Assembly (NCBI GenBank): GCA_016791345.1
Contig: JAEUMW010000258.1
Location: 1-38,975, forward strand
Length of the DNA stretch: 38,975 bases
Reading direction: 5' to 3'
From: Betaproteobacteria bacterium
GTDB taxonomy: Bacteria > Pseudomonadota > Gammaproteobacteria > Burkholderiales > JAEUMW01
Part shown: positions 1 through 8,475 of the stretch, piece by piece
Numbering within the stretch: position 1 is the stretch's first letter
Layout: every line of letters starts with the position of its first letter
Program-made: the position numbers and the translations under genes
The notes under the pieces: generated by a model
What the model saw: the letters and a program-made list of their open reading frames with translations, nothing else
Databases searched by the model: none
What the model was told of the DNA's origin: nothing

Positions 1-465
1 CGGCATCGCGATCCGCGGGTACTGCACGACGATGGTGAAGCTCGTCGAAACGGCTTTGAGCTGCAGCGAAATGTAGGGGACGATGCCGATGACCGCGATG
101 ACGGTCACCAGGCCTCCCAGCAGCGCGCTCTTGCCGTAGCGGGAGGAGATGAAGTCGGCGAGCGAGGTGATGCGATAGGCCTTGGAGATTCGTATGATCT
201 TGCGCAGCACGACCCACCAGAGCGCGACCATCAGGGTTGGCCCCAGATAGATCGGCAGGAAGCCGATGCCGCTGGCGGCCGCGCGCCCGACGCTGCCATA
301 GAAGGTCCACGCGGTGGCGTAGACAGCGAGCGACAGCGAGTAGATGTAGGGGTTGGCGATGATGCTGCGCCCCTGGTCCGCGCGGCGATCGGCGAAGGAC
401 GCGACGGCGAACAGCACGCCGAGATACGCGAACGACACCACTACGATCACCCAGCCCTGGAGCAA
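1..465 (-). CDS. Sensor histidine kinase with N-terminal sodium:solute symporter (SSS/SLC5) membrane domain, CrbS/CbrA/MxtR-like; 5' part only, gene runs off the window (could instead be a plain SSS transporter)
   Basis: Open minus-strand frame from TTG (465-463), 5 nt after GGAGG (rc of 471-475). My translation: LLQGWVIVVVSFAYLGVLFAVASFADRRADQGRSIIANPYIYSLSLAVYATAWTFYGSVGRAAASGIGFLPIYLGPTLMVALWWVVLRKIIRISKAYRITSLADFISSRYGKS. This resembles remembered N-termini of SSS-domain sensor kinases. It is absent from the ORF track because it has no stop in the window. Confidence 0.55.
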   Translation of the reverse strand, partial: MLQGWVIVVVSFAYLGVLFAVASFADRRADQGRSIIANPYIYSLSLAVYATAWTFYGSVGRAAASGIGFLPIYLGPTLMVALWWVVLRKIIRISKAYRITSLADFISSRYGKSALLGGLVTVIAVIGIVPYISLQLKAVSTSFTIVVQYPRIAMP

Positions 466-492
466 TCGACCCTCCGCGCCTGCGAGCCGCTG

Positions 493-690
493 CTACCTGG
501 ACCGTTCGGCGACCAGCGCCAGCAGCAGCACCAGCACCGCCCAGGCGATGAAGATATAGGCGTAGAGGAGGGGGACGCCGAAGATCTGGCCCCGGGTATT
601 GAAGAGATACAGGAAGGGGTAGTTGAACGCCGCGCAGCCAAGCAGGAAGACGGCCACGAAGCGCTGCCCCTTCATCCCCGATCTGATCAT
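493..690 (-). CDS. Small (65 aa) two-TM membrane protein, of the kind that precedes SSS-family genes (DUF3311/DUF4212-like)
   Basis: ORF MIRSGMKGQRFVAVFLLGCAAFNYPFLYLFNTRGQIFGVPLLYAYIFIAWAVLVLLLALVAERSR has two hydrophobic helices. A strong SD GGAGGA lies 4 nt upstream of ATG 690. Its stop is 27 nt before the start of the SSS-domain gene. Confidence 0.55.
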   Translation of the reverse strand: MIRSGMKGQRFVAVFLLGCAAFNYPFLYLFNTRGQIFGVPLLYAYIFIAWAVLVLLLALVAERSR

Positions 691-768
691 TGCTCCTCCA
701 GGTGGGACCTATCGTCGACCGGGGGTTCGTGTCCGGTCGCTTGTTCTTGTTCGGGGTGGATCGAGAAA

Positions 769-1755
769 TTATGCCACGGCTGGGAACTCCCCGGTGCTCA
801 GGCTGGCACGGTTGCTGTCGAGCCACGCCGCGAGCCCTTGGGCGTTGAGCATGACGTCCATGCCGATGACGTCGAGCACCGCATCGCGATCGAGTGCACA
901 GCCGTGCCTCGACACATGCCCGAGCAGGAGATCGCGCACGCCCGCTTCCAGCAGACGATCGCGCTCGGCCCCGGCATTCCTCGCGCGCTCGGCGAGAGCC
1001 GCGTGCGCGTCTATCAGCTCATGCAGATCGTCGGCAAGACGGGGCACATGAGCGACCCGGCTGTAGTGGGTGAGAAACATCTGCGACGGCGCGTACCCAA
1101 TCAGGCGGTCGATCGTCGCATGCGCCGCCACCGGGTCGAACTGCGTGGGCGTGGTCGTGGGGAAGATGCATTCCTCATCGCCGACGTCGAGTTCCCGGTA
1201 CGAGATCCCGAAGCAGTCGCCGGTGAAGAACGACGCGCTGCGCGCATCGTAGACGCAGTGATGGTGGCGCGCATGGCCGGGAGTGTCGAGAAACACGAGC
1301 GGCCGTCCATTGAGATCCAGCACGAACTCGTCGCGCGTCTCGATCACGCGGTCGGCAGGGATGGGCACGATGTCCCCGTAATCCCGCCGGAACACGGCGT
1401 CGCCGTACACGGCCTGCGCGCCTGCCACGAGTCGCGCCGGGTCCACCATGTGGCGCGCGCCGCGCGGGTGAATGACGACTTCGGCGTTGGGCAGATGGCG
1501 CAGCATTTCACCGGCGCCGCCGGCGTGGTCGAGATGGACGTGGGTCAGAATCAGATAGCGGACATCCGTGGCGGCGACCCCCTTCGCGGCGAGCGCAGCC
1601 AGGACGTTCGGGACCGAATGATTGGTGCCGATGTCGATCAGCGCCGCTGCCCGACCTTCGCGCAGCAGGTGGATCGAGGCCAGCAGGGGGCGCTTGAAGC
1701 CGGCATCGATCGCACAGATGCCGTGATCGAATTCGCGAAGCGGTGCAAAGCGCAT
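769..1755 (-). CDS. MBL-fold metallo-hydrolase
   Basis: Metallo-beta-lactamase motif LTHVHLDHAGG, with further conserved His/Asp downstream (TPGHARHHH). I prefer ATG 1755 (MRFAPLREFDHG...); a GTG at 1782 is the alternative. Confidence 0.8.
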   Translation of the reverse strand: MRFAPLREFDHGICAIDAGFKRPLLASIHLLREGRAAALIDIGTNHSVPNVLAALAAKGVAATDVRYLILTHVHLDHAGGAGEMLRHLPNAEVVIHPRGARHMVDPARLVAGAQAVYGDAVFRRDYGDIVPIPADRVIETRDEFVLDLNGRPLVFLDTPGHARHHHCVYDARSASFFTGDCFGISYRELDVGDEECIFPTTTPTQFDPVAAHATIDRLIGYAPSQMFLTHYSRVAHVPRLADDLHELIDAHAALAERARNAGAERDRLLEAGVRDLLLGHVSRHGCALDRDAVLDVIGMDVMLNAQGLAAWLDSNRASLSTGEFPAVA

Positions 1756-1843
1756 GGCGGCGGGCGCAAACCCGCCGCGCACGGCAGGCCGGGATACGGC
1801 GTTCCGGGCCTGCCGCTGCTTCGGCGGTGGGTTGTGGCGGGCT

Positions 1844-3829
1844 CTAGGAGACGGTCGTCTTCAGCTGATCGAGAATCGCGGGATTCTCGAGCGTGGACGT
1901 GTCCTGCGTGATGTCCTCGCCCTTCGCCAGCGAGCGCAGGAGCCGGCGCATGATCTTCCCCGAGCGGGTCTTCGGCAGATTGTCCCCGAAGCGGATGTCC
2001 TTCGGCTTGGCAATCGGCCCGATTTCATGTCCCACGTGGTTCTGCAGCTCCTTGACGATTTTCGCGGCTTCTTCGCCGGTCGGTCGCGCACGCTTCAATA
2101 CGACGAAGGCGACGATCGCCTCGCCGGTCAGATCGTCCGGGCGGCCGACCACCGCGGCTTCGGCCACCAGCGGATTGGCCACCAGGGCGGACTCGATCTC
2201 CATGGTGCCCATGCGGTGCCCGGAGACGTTGAGCACGTCGTCGATCCGGCCCATGATGGTGAAATAGCCGGTGTCCTTGTCGCGGATCGAACCGTCACCG
2301 GCGAGATAGAGGTTGCCGCCGAGTTCCTCCGGGTAGTAGGACTTCTTGAAGCGGTCGGCGTCGCCCCAGATGGTACGGATCATCGACGGCCACGGGCGCT
2401 TCACCACGAGGATGCCGCCATTGCCGTTGGCGACGTCCTGGCCGGTTTCGTCGACGATCGCGGCCTGGATGCCGGGGAAGGGCAGGGTGCACGACCCCGG
2501 CACGAGCGGCGTGGCACCCGGCATCGGCGTGATCATGTGCGCGCCGGTCTCGGTCTGCCAGAAGGTGTCCACGATTGGGCAGCGACCACCGCCGACGTTC
2601 TCGTGATACCACATCCACGCTTCCGGGTTGATCGGCTCGCCCACCGTGCCGAGCAGCCGCAGGCTGGACATGTCGTACTTCTTCGGATGCACCGCCGGGG
2701 TGGAGTCTGCCGCCTTGATCAGCGAGCGGATGGCGGTCGGCGCCGTGTAGAAGATGTTGACCTTGTGATTCTGGATCATCTTCCAGAACCGCCCGGCATC
2801 GGGATAGGTCGGCACGCCTTCGAACACGACTTCGGTTGCGCCGCACGCGAGCGGGCCGTATGCGATGTAGGTGTGTCCCGTCACCCAGCCGATGTCCGCG
2901 GTGCACCAGAAGATGTCGGCAGGCTTGATGTCGAATGTCCACTTCATGGTGAGGGCCGCCATCAGCAGATAGCCGCCGGTGGAGTGCTGCACACCCTTGG
3001 GCTTGCCGGTCGATCCGGACGTGTAGAGCAGGAAGAGCGGATGTTCCGCGCTCACCCACACGGGATCACATGTGGTCGGCTGATCCTTGATCGCGTCGTG
3101 CACCCACTCGTCGCGTCCCGCCACCATCTTGCATTCCACGCCGGTGCGCTTCACCACCAGCACGCTCTTGCAGGACGGGCATTCGGCTTCCAGCGCCTCG
3201 TCCGCGATGCTCTTGAGCGGCAGCGCCTTGCCGCCACGGAACTGGCCGTCGGCGGTGATCAGCATGACGGCCCCGGCATCCCGCACGCGGTCCCGCAGCG
3301 ACTGCGCCGAGAACCCGCCGAAGACCACCGAATGCGTTGCGCCGATGCGCGCGCAGGCCTGCATTGCGGCCACGCCGTCGATCGTCATCGGCATGTAGAT
3401 GACGACGCGGTCGCCCTTCTTGACGCCCTTCGCCTTGATCGCGTTGGCGAGCTGGCAGACGCGCGAGAGCAGTTCCTTGTAGGTAACGCGGGTGACTTCC
3501 CCGTTGTCGGCTTCGAAGATGATGGCGACCTTGTCGCCGTTGCCGGCCTCGATCTGACGGTCGAGACAGTTGTAGGAGACGTTGAGCTCGCCGTCCTCGA
3601 ACCACTTGTAGAACGGGGCGTCCGCCTCGTTCAGGACGTTGCTGAACGGCTTGTGCCAGGAAATGTGTTCGCGCGCGAGCTTGCCCCAGAAACCTTCGTA
3701 GTCGTCCTGCGCCTGCTGCGCGAGGGCGTTGTACGCCTCCATGCTGGGAATTGCTGCATTCTTCGCGAACTCCGCGGGGGGCGGGAAGACCCGGTTCTCA
3801 TGCATCACGGACTGGATTGCCGTCGACAT
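1844..3829 (-). CDS. acs: Acetyl-CoA synthetase (AMP-forming)
   Basis: Full-length match to the Acs family ([14 protein letters not shown]-binding motif, WWQTETG, C-terminal SGKIMRR). ATG 3829 lies 6 nt after GGAGGA (rc of 3836-3841). The track's GTG at 3835 is too close to the SD. Confidence 0.96.
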   Translation of the reverse strand: MSTAIQSVMHENRVFPPPAEFAKNAAIPSMEAYNALAQQAQDDYEGFWGKLAREHISWHKPFSNVLNEADAPFYKWFEDGELNVSYNCLDRQIEAGNGDKVAIIFEADNGEVTRVTYKELLSRVCQLANAIKAKGVKKGDRVVIYMPMTIDGVAAMQACARIGATHSVVFGGFSAQSLRDRVRDAGAVMLITADGQFRGGKALPLKSIADEALEAECPSCKSVLVVKRTGVECKMVAGRDEWVHDAIKDQPTTCDPVWVSAEHPLFLLYTSGSTGKPKGVQHSTGGYLLMAALTMKWTFDIKPADIFWCTADIGWVTGHTYIAYGPLACGATEVVFEGVPTYPDAGRFWKMIQNHKVNIFYTAPTAIRSLIKAADSTPAVHPKKYDMSSLRLLGTVGEPINPEAWMWYHENVGGGRCPIVDTFWQTETGAHMITPMPGATPLVPGSCTLPFPGIQAAIVDETGQDVANGNGGILVVKRPWPSMIRTIWGDADRFKKSYYPEELGGNLYLAGDGSIRDKDTGYFTIMGRIDDVLNVSGHRMGTMEIESALVANPLVAEAAVVGRPDDLTGEAIVAFVVLKRARPTGEEAAKIVKELQNHVGHEIGPIAKPKDIRFGDNLPKTRSGKIMRRLLRSLAKGEDITQDTSTLENPAILDQLKTTVS

Positions 3830-3868
3830 GCTCACTCCTCCAAGTGGGAAAATTCAGCCGACCTCACT

Positions 3869-3889
3869 GGACTGGAGCGGGTCCAGTCC
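3869..3889. repeat. Perfect inverted repeat GGACTGGA-N5-TCCAGTCC in the acs 5' region
   Basis: Read directly from the sequence: 8/8 complementary arms with a 5-nt spacer, 40-60 nt upstream of the acs ATG. Confidence 0.9.
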
Positions 3890-4143
3890 TCGTATATTGC
3901 CTTGCCAGCCGGCATACAGGCGCCACGGAATGGGCTGCGGCGGGGCCGATGTTGTGTCGGGTATGCGTCTGTTTTTCGGCGATCGATTGTAGCACCGCGC
4001 AAGGTCGAGTCAAGCAAGCGACTCGGTCACCTTGAAACCGGAGTGGAGTTCGCGCGGGATTTCCGGTCATAATGTGGCCCGTTACGTGCAACCAGCGTCG
4101 CGATGCGTCGACTGTCGCTTGCGCGGCCTTGTTTTCGAAGATC

Positions 4144-4245
4144 GGGCGGGCCTCCCCGCATTGCATGGTAGTGAATCTGGTCAGGTCCGGAAGGAAGCAG
4201 CCACAGCTATTCTCTGCAAGTGCCGGGGGTCGGGCTCGCCCCCCC
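4144..4245 (+). ncRNA. ffs: Signal recognition particle RNA (4.5S / small SRP RNA)
   Basis: Contains the hallmark domain IV sequence GGTCAGGTCCGGAAGGAAGCAGCC. The 5' GGGCGGGCC..CCCCGCATTGCA pairs with the 3' TGCAAGTGCCGGGGG..GGGCTCGCCC to give the long hairpin. Position upstream of dnaX is the usual synteny. Ends are approximate (+/-5 nt). Confidence 0.85.
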
Positions 4246-4278
4246 AATTCTCACGATCAGCTCCGAGGAACCCACGCC

Positions 4279-4839
4279 ATGAAGAAATACCTCCCCGCGC
4301 TCGGCTGCGTGGCGGTGTTTGTCGCCGGCATGCCGCCCGCGACGGCCGCTGAGCGCTTCGGTGGTTCATTCCTGTACGGCTGGAGCAACGACAGCAATAC
4401 CGACGTCGACATGTATCAGGGCGGCGTCCAGTATGACTTCGGCGTGCAATGGCTGCCGCTCGGCAACTGGCATCTGGGCGCCTACGCCGAGTTCACCGTG
4501 GGTTATTGGGACAACCAGAGCCCGCGCGCGACGCATGCGAGCCTGTGGGACGTCGGGCTGACACCGGTGCTGCGCTTTCAGCAGACCGACAAGAGCATGA
4601 TTTCGCCGTTTCTCGAGGCGGGGATCGGCATTCACTACCTTTCCGAAACATCGGTGAGCGAGGATCGCCGCTTCGGCTGCAACTTTTCCTTCGGCGATCA
4701 CGTCGGTGCCGGCATCACCTTCGGGCCGCGCAATGCATTCGAGCTGATGTATCGGTACCAGCACCTCTCGAACGCCGGAATCTGCTCCCCCAACCAGGGC
4801 ATCAACTTCAACGAGGTCCGCCTCGGCTACTGGTTCTAG
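4279..4839 (+). CDS. pagL: Lipid A 3-O-deacylase PagL-like outer-membrane protein (acyloxyacyl hydrolase family)
   Basis: Signal peptide MKKYLPALGCVAVFVAGMPPATAA. Beta-barrel-like alternating pattern. Motifs PFLEAGIGI, FGDHVGAGITF and the catalytic-type HLSNAG...PNQGIN resemble P. aeruginosa PagL. ATG 4279 is preceded by GAGGAA. The track ORF from 4072 is over-extended. Confidence 0.75.
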   Translation: MKKYLPALGCVAVFVAGMPPATAAERFGGSFLYGWSNDSNTDVDMYQGGVQYDFGVQWLPLGNWHLGAYAEFTVGYWDNQSPRATHASLWDVGLTPVLRFQQTDKSMISPFLEAGIGIHYLSETSVSEDRRFGCNFSFGDHVGAGITFGPRNAFELMYRYQHLSNAGICSPNQGINFNEVRLGYWF

Positions 4840-4860
4840 TCCCGCTTCGCCGCTGCCGCC

Positions 4861-6459
4861 GTGACCCAGGTTCTCGCCCGCAAGTGGCGTCCGCGCACTT
4901 TCGCCGAGCTCGTCGGACAGGAGCATGTCGTGCGCGCGCTCGCCAATGCGCTCGACCAGCAGCGGCTGCATCACGCCTATCTCTTCACCGGTACGCGCGG
5001 GGTCGGGAAAACCACGCTGGCGCGCATCATCGCCAAGGCGCTCAACTGCGAGACGGGTGTCGGCAGCAAGCCGTGCGGACAGTGCACCGCCTGCCGCGAG
5101 ATCGAAGGCGGCCGCTTCGTCGACCTGATCGAACTGGATGCCGCATCCAACACTCAGGTCGACAACATGCGCGAGCTGCTCGAAAGCGCGCTCTATGCTC
5201 CGACCGCCGCCCGCTTCAAGGTCTACATCATCGATGAAGTGCACATGCTGTCGCGCTCGGCGTTCAACGCGATGCTGAAGACCCTCGAAGAGCCTCCGGC
5301 GCACGTCAAGTTCATTCTGGCGACGACCGACCCGCAGAAGATCCCCGTCACCGTGCTCTCGCGGTGCCTGCAGTTCAACCTCAAGCAGATTCCGCCTGTG
5401 CAGATCCAGGCGCGGCTGGAGCACGTCCTGGGTGCCGAAGGGATTGCGCATGAGGCCGCCGCCCTGCACCTCATCGCACAGGCAGCGCAGGGCAGCCTGC
5501 GCGACAGCCTGAGCCTGCTCGACCAGGCCATCGCGCACGGCGATGGCAAGGTCGTCGAGGCAGGCGTGCGCGAGATGCTCGGCGCAGTCGACAGAAGCTA
5601 CGCCTTCGATTTGCTGGAGGCGCTGGCGGCAGGGGACGGCGCCGGCCTCATGGCCCAGGCGGAGACGCTGCAAAGCCGCAGCCTGTCCTTCGACGCGGCG
5701 TTGCAGGAGCTCGGCGCGGTTCTGCACAACCTGGCCGTGCTGCAGCTCGCGCCCGCGGCGGTGTCACGCGACGATCCGGATTTCCCCCGGATCGAGGCGC
5801 TGGCGCGCCGCTTCACGCCGGAAGAGCTGCAGCTCAATTATCAGATCGCGTTGCAGGGGCGTGGCGATCTGGGTGCGGCGCCCGACGAATTCGCGGGCTT
5901 CACGATGACCTTGCTGCGAATGCTCGCATTCGCACCGGCACCGGTCGGCAGCGACACGGCACGACCCACCGAGACGCCGCGCGCGGCGCCACCGCTTGCG
6001 GCAGTCGGGAGGGACGCCAAGCAGGCGGTGCAACCTGCGGCGGTCCCGTCTGCGGACGAGTCCTGCGCGGATCTGCGCATCGACGACTGGCCCGCATTCG
6101 TGAAATCGCTGCGCATGGGCGGCATGGCAGGTATGCTTGCGCAGCACACCGAGCTCGCAGCCTGCGCCGACGGGCGCCTCGAACTGCGTGTGCCAGAGGC
6201 GCACAAGCACCTGATGGAAAAAGCCTATCAGGAAAAGCTCCGGGCCGTGCTCAAGGAACGTTGCGGCAGCGCGCTGCGTGCCGTCGAGATCAGCGTGGGG
6301 AGCAGCGGCGGCAGCACGCCGGCAGAGCTCGACGCCCGCAACCGACAGGCGCGCCAGGCAGAGGCGATCGCCGCCATCGAAGGCGACCCTTTCGTGCGCG
6401 AGCTGGTCGAAGATCTGGGGGGCCGGATCGTTCCGGACTCCATCCGTCCGTTGTCCTGA
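4861..6459 (+). CDS. dnaX: DNA polymerase III subunit tau/gamma
   Basis: N-terminus MTQVLARKWRPRTFAELVGQEHV, Walker A GTRGVGKTT, zinc module CGQCTACREI, DEVH box. GTG start. Confidence 0.95.
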   Translation: MTQVLARKWRPRTFAELVGQEHVVRALANALDQQRLHHAYLFTGTRGVGKTTLARIIAKALNCETGVGSKPCGQCTACREIEGGRFVDLIELDAASNTQVDNMRELLESALYAPTAARFKVYIIDEVHMLSRSAFNAMLKTLEEPPAHVKFILATTDPQKIPVTVLSRCLQFNLKQIPPVQIQARLEHVLGAEGIAHEAAALHLIAQAAQGSLRDSLSLLDQAIAHGDGKVVEAGVREMLGAVDRSYAFDLLEALAAGDGAGLMAQAETLQSRSLSFDAALQELGAVLHNLAVLQLAPAAVSRDDPDFPRIEALARRFTPEELQLNYQIALQGRGDLGAAPDEFAGFTMTLLRMLAFAPAPVGSDTARPTETPRAAPPLAAVGRDAKQAVQPAAVPSADESCADLRIDDWPAFVKSLRMGGMAGMLAQHTELAACADGRLELRVPEAHKHLMEKAYQEKLRAVLKERCGSALRAVEISVGSSGGSTPAELDARNRQARQAEAIAAIEGDPFVRELVEDLGGRIVPDSIRPLS

Positions 6460-6486
6460 CGCGGCACCCCATCGCATGAGGAATCG

Positions 6487-6816
6487 ATGATGATGAAGAA
6501 TCAACTGGCCGGGCTGATGAAACAGGCTCAGCAGATGCAGGAGAACATGAAGCGCGTGCAGGAGGAACTCGCCGCGGTAGAGGTCGAGGGGCAATCCGGC
6601 GCGGGCCTCGTCAAGGTCGTGATGACCTGCCGTCACGACGTCAAGCGGGTGTCCGTCGATCCCAGCCTGCTCACCGACGACAAGGACATGCTCGAGGATC
6701 TCATTGCCGCCGCCTTCAACGATGCGGTGCGCCGGGTGGAAACCACGACGCAGGAGAAAATGGGCGGCTTCGCGGCCGGCCTTCAATTGCCGCCCGGCTT
6801 CAAACTGCCGTTTTGA
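6487..6816 (+). CDS. ybaB: Nucleoid-associated protein YbaB/EbfC
   Basis: [19 protein letters not shown]...GAGLVKV...[12 protein letters not shown]...LPPGFKLPF is near-colinear with E. coli YbaB. dnaX-ybaB-recR synteny. Confidence 0.93.
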   Translation: MMMKNQLAGLMKQAQQMQENMKRVQEELAAVEVEGQSGAGLVKVVMTCRHDVKRVSVDPSLLTDDKDMLEDLIAAAFNDAVRRVETTTQEKMGGFAAGLQLPPGFKLPF

Positions 6817-6871
6817 CAATAATTAAACTAGCGGCGTTTCAAATAGAAAGCATCGGATATTGATGTGACTT

Positions 6872-7471
6872 GTGAAGACACCGTCCAGCCTTCAGGAGCT
6901 CACTGAAGCGCTGCGCTGTCTGCCCGGGGTGGGCCCCAAGTCTGCTCAGCGGATGGCTTACCACCTGCTCCAGCGTGATCGCGAAGGGGCGGCCCGCCTG
7001 GCACGTTCACTGGAGTCCTCGCTGCAGCGCATCCGCCACTGCGAGCGCTGCAATACCTTCACCGAGGAAGCGATCTGCAGCCTCTGCGCGAGTCCGGGTC
7101 GCGACGCTTCTGTCCTGTGCGTGGTCGAGACGCCGGCTGACCTGCTCATGATGGAGCAGGCGCAGTGCTACCGCGGACTGTACTTCGTGCTGATGGGGCG
7201 GCTCTCGCCCCTGGATGGTGTCGGCCCGCGCGAGCTTCACCTCGACCGGCTCCTGCAGCGGGCGCAGGAGGAAGCGGTGGGCGAAATCATCCTGGCCACG
7301 AATTTCACGCACGAGGGCGAGGCCACCGCGCACTATCTCGCGGAGATGCTGCGGGCACGCGGTCGAACGGTCACGCGTATCGCGCAGGGCCTTCCGGCTG
7401 GCGGCGAGCTCGAGCATGTGGACAGCGGAACGCTGGCGCAGGCCATGCTGGAACGGCGGCCGGCGCCGTGA
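6872..7471 (+). CDS. recR: Recombination protein RecR
   Basis: [17 protein letters not shown] helix-hairpin-helix, C4 zinc finger [16 protein letters not shown], Toprim domain. GTG start with no obvious SD. Confidence 0.94.
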   Translation: MKTPSSLQELTEALRCLPGVGPKSAQRMAYHLLQRDREGAARLARSLESSLQRIRHCERCNTFTEEAICSLCASPGRDASVLCVVETPADLLMMEQAQCYRGLYFVLMGRLSPLDGVGPRELHLDRLLQRAQEEAVGEIILATNFTHEGEATAHYLAEMLRARGRTVTRIAQGLPAGGELEHVDSGTLAQAMLERRPAP

Positions 7472-8475
7472 GCAAGTCTCCTCCGCGCAGATCGCCCTCG
7501 GCTCGGCAGCGCCCTCCCGGATCACCGCGCCCGCGCAAGGGCAGAGCGGCCGCGCCACGCCCCGCCGGTGCAGCGACTGCTGCCGAACGCCTGCAGAAGG
7601 TTCTGAGCGCCCTCGGGTTGGGTTCTCGCCGCGACGTGGAAGAATGGATTCGCGCCGGCCGCCTCACCGTAAACGGCGTCGCTGCCTCGCTCGGCACCCG
7701 TGTCGGCCCGCATGATCGCGTCCTGCTCGACGGCCGGGAACTGCGGCACGGCCACCCGACCAGGCTGCCGCGGGTGCTGCTCTATCACAAGCCCGAGGGC
7801 GAGATCGTGAGCCGCGACGATCCGGAAGGACGCCCCAGCGTTTTCGACAGCCTGCCGCCCGCGCGCGCGAGTCGCTGGCTCAATATCGGCCGCCTGGATT
7901 TCAATACCAGCGGCCTTCTTCTTTTCACCACATCGGGCGACCTGGCGAATCGCTTCGCTCATCCACGTTTTGAACTGGAACGTGAGTACGCCGTGCGCAC
8001 GCGCGGCGAAGTGACGCCCGAACAGCGTACGGCCCTGCTGCAGGGCGTCGAACTGGACGACGGCCGTGCGCGCGTGGAATCGCTGGAGGAGGGCGGCGGC
8101 ACCGGCGCGAACCGCTGGTACCGCGTGGTGCTGCGCGAGGGGCGCAACCGCATCGTGCGGCGGCTGTTCGATGCGGTCGGCCAGTCGGTGAGCCGCCTCA
8201 TCCGTGTGCGCTTCGGACCCCTGGCGCTGCCGCCGCGACTGCGGCGAGGGCAGACGCTCGAGCTCGCGGCGCAGGACGTGACGGCGCTTCTGCGCTTCCT
8301 CGGCGAACCGCTGCCTGCAGCCGTCATGCGCCCGGCAGATCGGCCCGCGTCGCCACGAACACCCGGTCCGCGCCGCCGCTCGTCTCCGGCCAGATCAGCG
8401 GCAGGTGCGGAAAGGCCGCCTCGACGCAGCCGCGGTTCTGGCCGACCTCCACCACGAGGAGGCCCTCGTCGGTAA
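7468..8475 (+). CDS. rluB: 23S rRNA pseudouridine synthase RluB-like (RsuA/RluB family) with Arg/Pro-rich N- and C-terminal extensions
   Basis: S4 domain [31 protein letters not shown]. Catalytic motif [17 protein letters not shown] 7468 overlaps the recR stop (GTGA) and is the only in-frame start after the recR body. The track ORF from 7165 is over-extended. Confidence 0.85.
   Translation: MSKSPPRRSPSARQRPPGSPRPRKGRAAAPRPAGAATAAERLQKVLSALGLGSRRDVEEWIRAGRLTVNGVAASLGTRVGPHDRVLLDGRELRHGHPTRLPRVLLYHKPEGEIVSRDDPEGRPSVFDSLPPARASRWLNIGRLDFNTSGLLLFTTSGDLANRFAHPRFELEREYAVRTRGEVTPEQRTALLQGVELDDGRARVESLEEGGGTGANRWYRVVLREGRNRIVRRLFDAVGQSVSRLIRVRFGPLALPPRLRRGQTLELAAQDVTALLRFLGEPLPAAVMRPADRPASPRTPGPRRRSSPARSAAGAERPPRRSRGSGRPPPRGGPRR

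Noticed and set aside
3891-3925. Sigma54 (TGGCAC-N5-TTGCA) or sigma70 promoter for acs around TGGCAAGGCAATATACG (minus strand)
   Set aside because: The GG/GC spacing does not fit the -24/-12 rule. The -10-like hexamers (TATACG, CAATAT) have no acceptable -35 at 16-18 nt.
1754-4072. 772-aa ORF antisense to acs, and similar large antisense or out-of-frame ORFs (4366-5727, 5764-6819, 9286-10563, 10611-11798, 22471-23853, 23902-25311, 26453-28192, 29074-30345, 30872-32416)
   Set aside because: All are embedded in strongly supported genes on the opposite strand or in another frame. Their translations are Arg/Ala/Gly/Pro-rich with no recognisable domain. This is the expected artefact at this GC content.
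6217-6223. Possible dnaX programmed -1 frameshift site (GAAAAAG)
   Set aside because: It is not the canonical A AAA AAG heptamer in the dnaX frame (the frame reads atg gaa aaa gcc). It also lies near the C-terminus rather than at the domain III/IV boundary where gamma is made. I saw no other slippery run in dnaX.
6813-6818. Perfect TTGACA -35 hexamer overlapping the ybaB stop
   Set aside because: No acceptable -10 follows at 16-18 nt (GTTTCA/CGTTTC). TCAAAT at 20 nt is too far, so I do not call it a promoter.
7165-7467. Upstream 101 codons of the track ORF containing rluB, and analogous 5' extensions of prmB, dapD, glnD, hpt, mtnP, def, tsf, frr, cdsA, fabZ, lpxA and pagL
   Set aside because: The extensions overlap the preceding gene in another frame and lack homology to the family N-termini. 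The internal starts I chose align with known N-termini and mostly have SD sequences or stop-start coupling.
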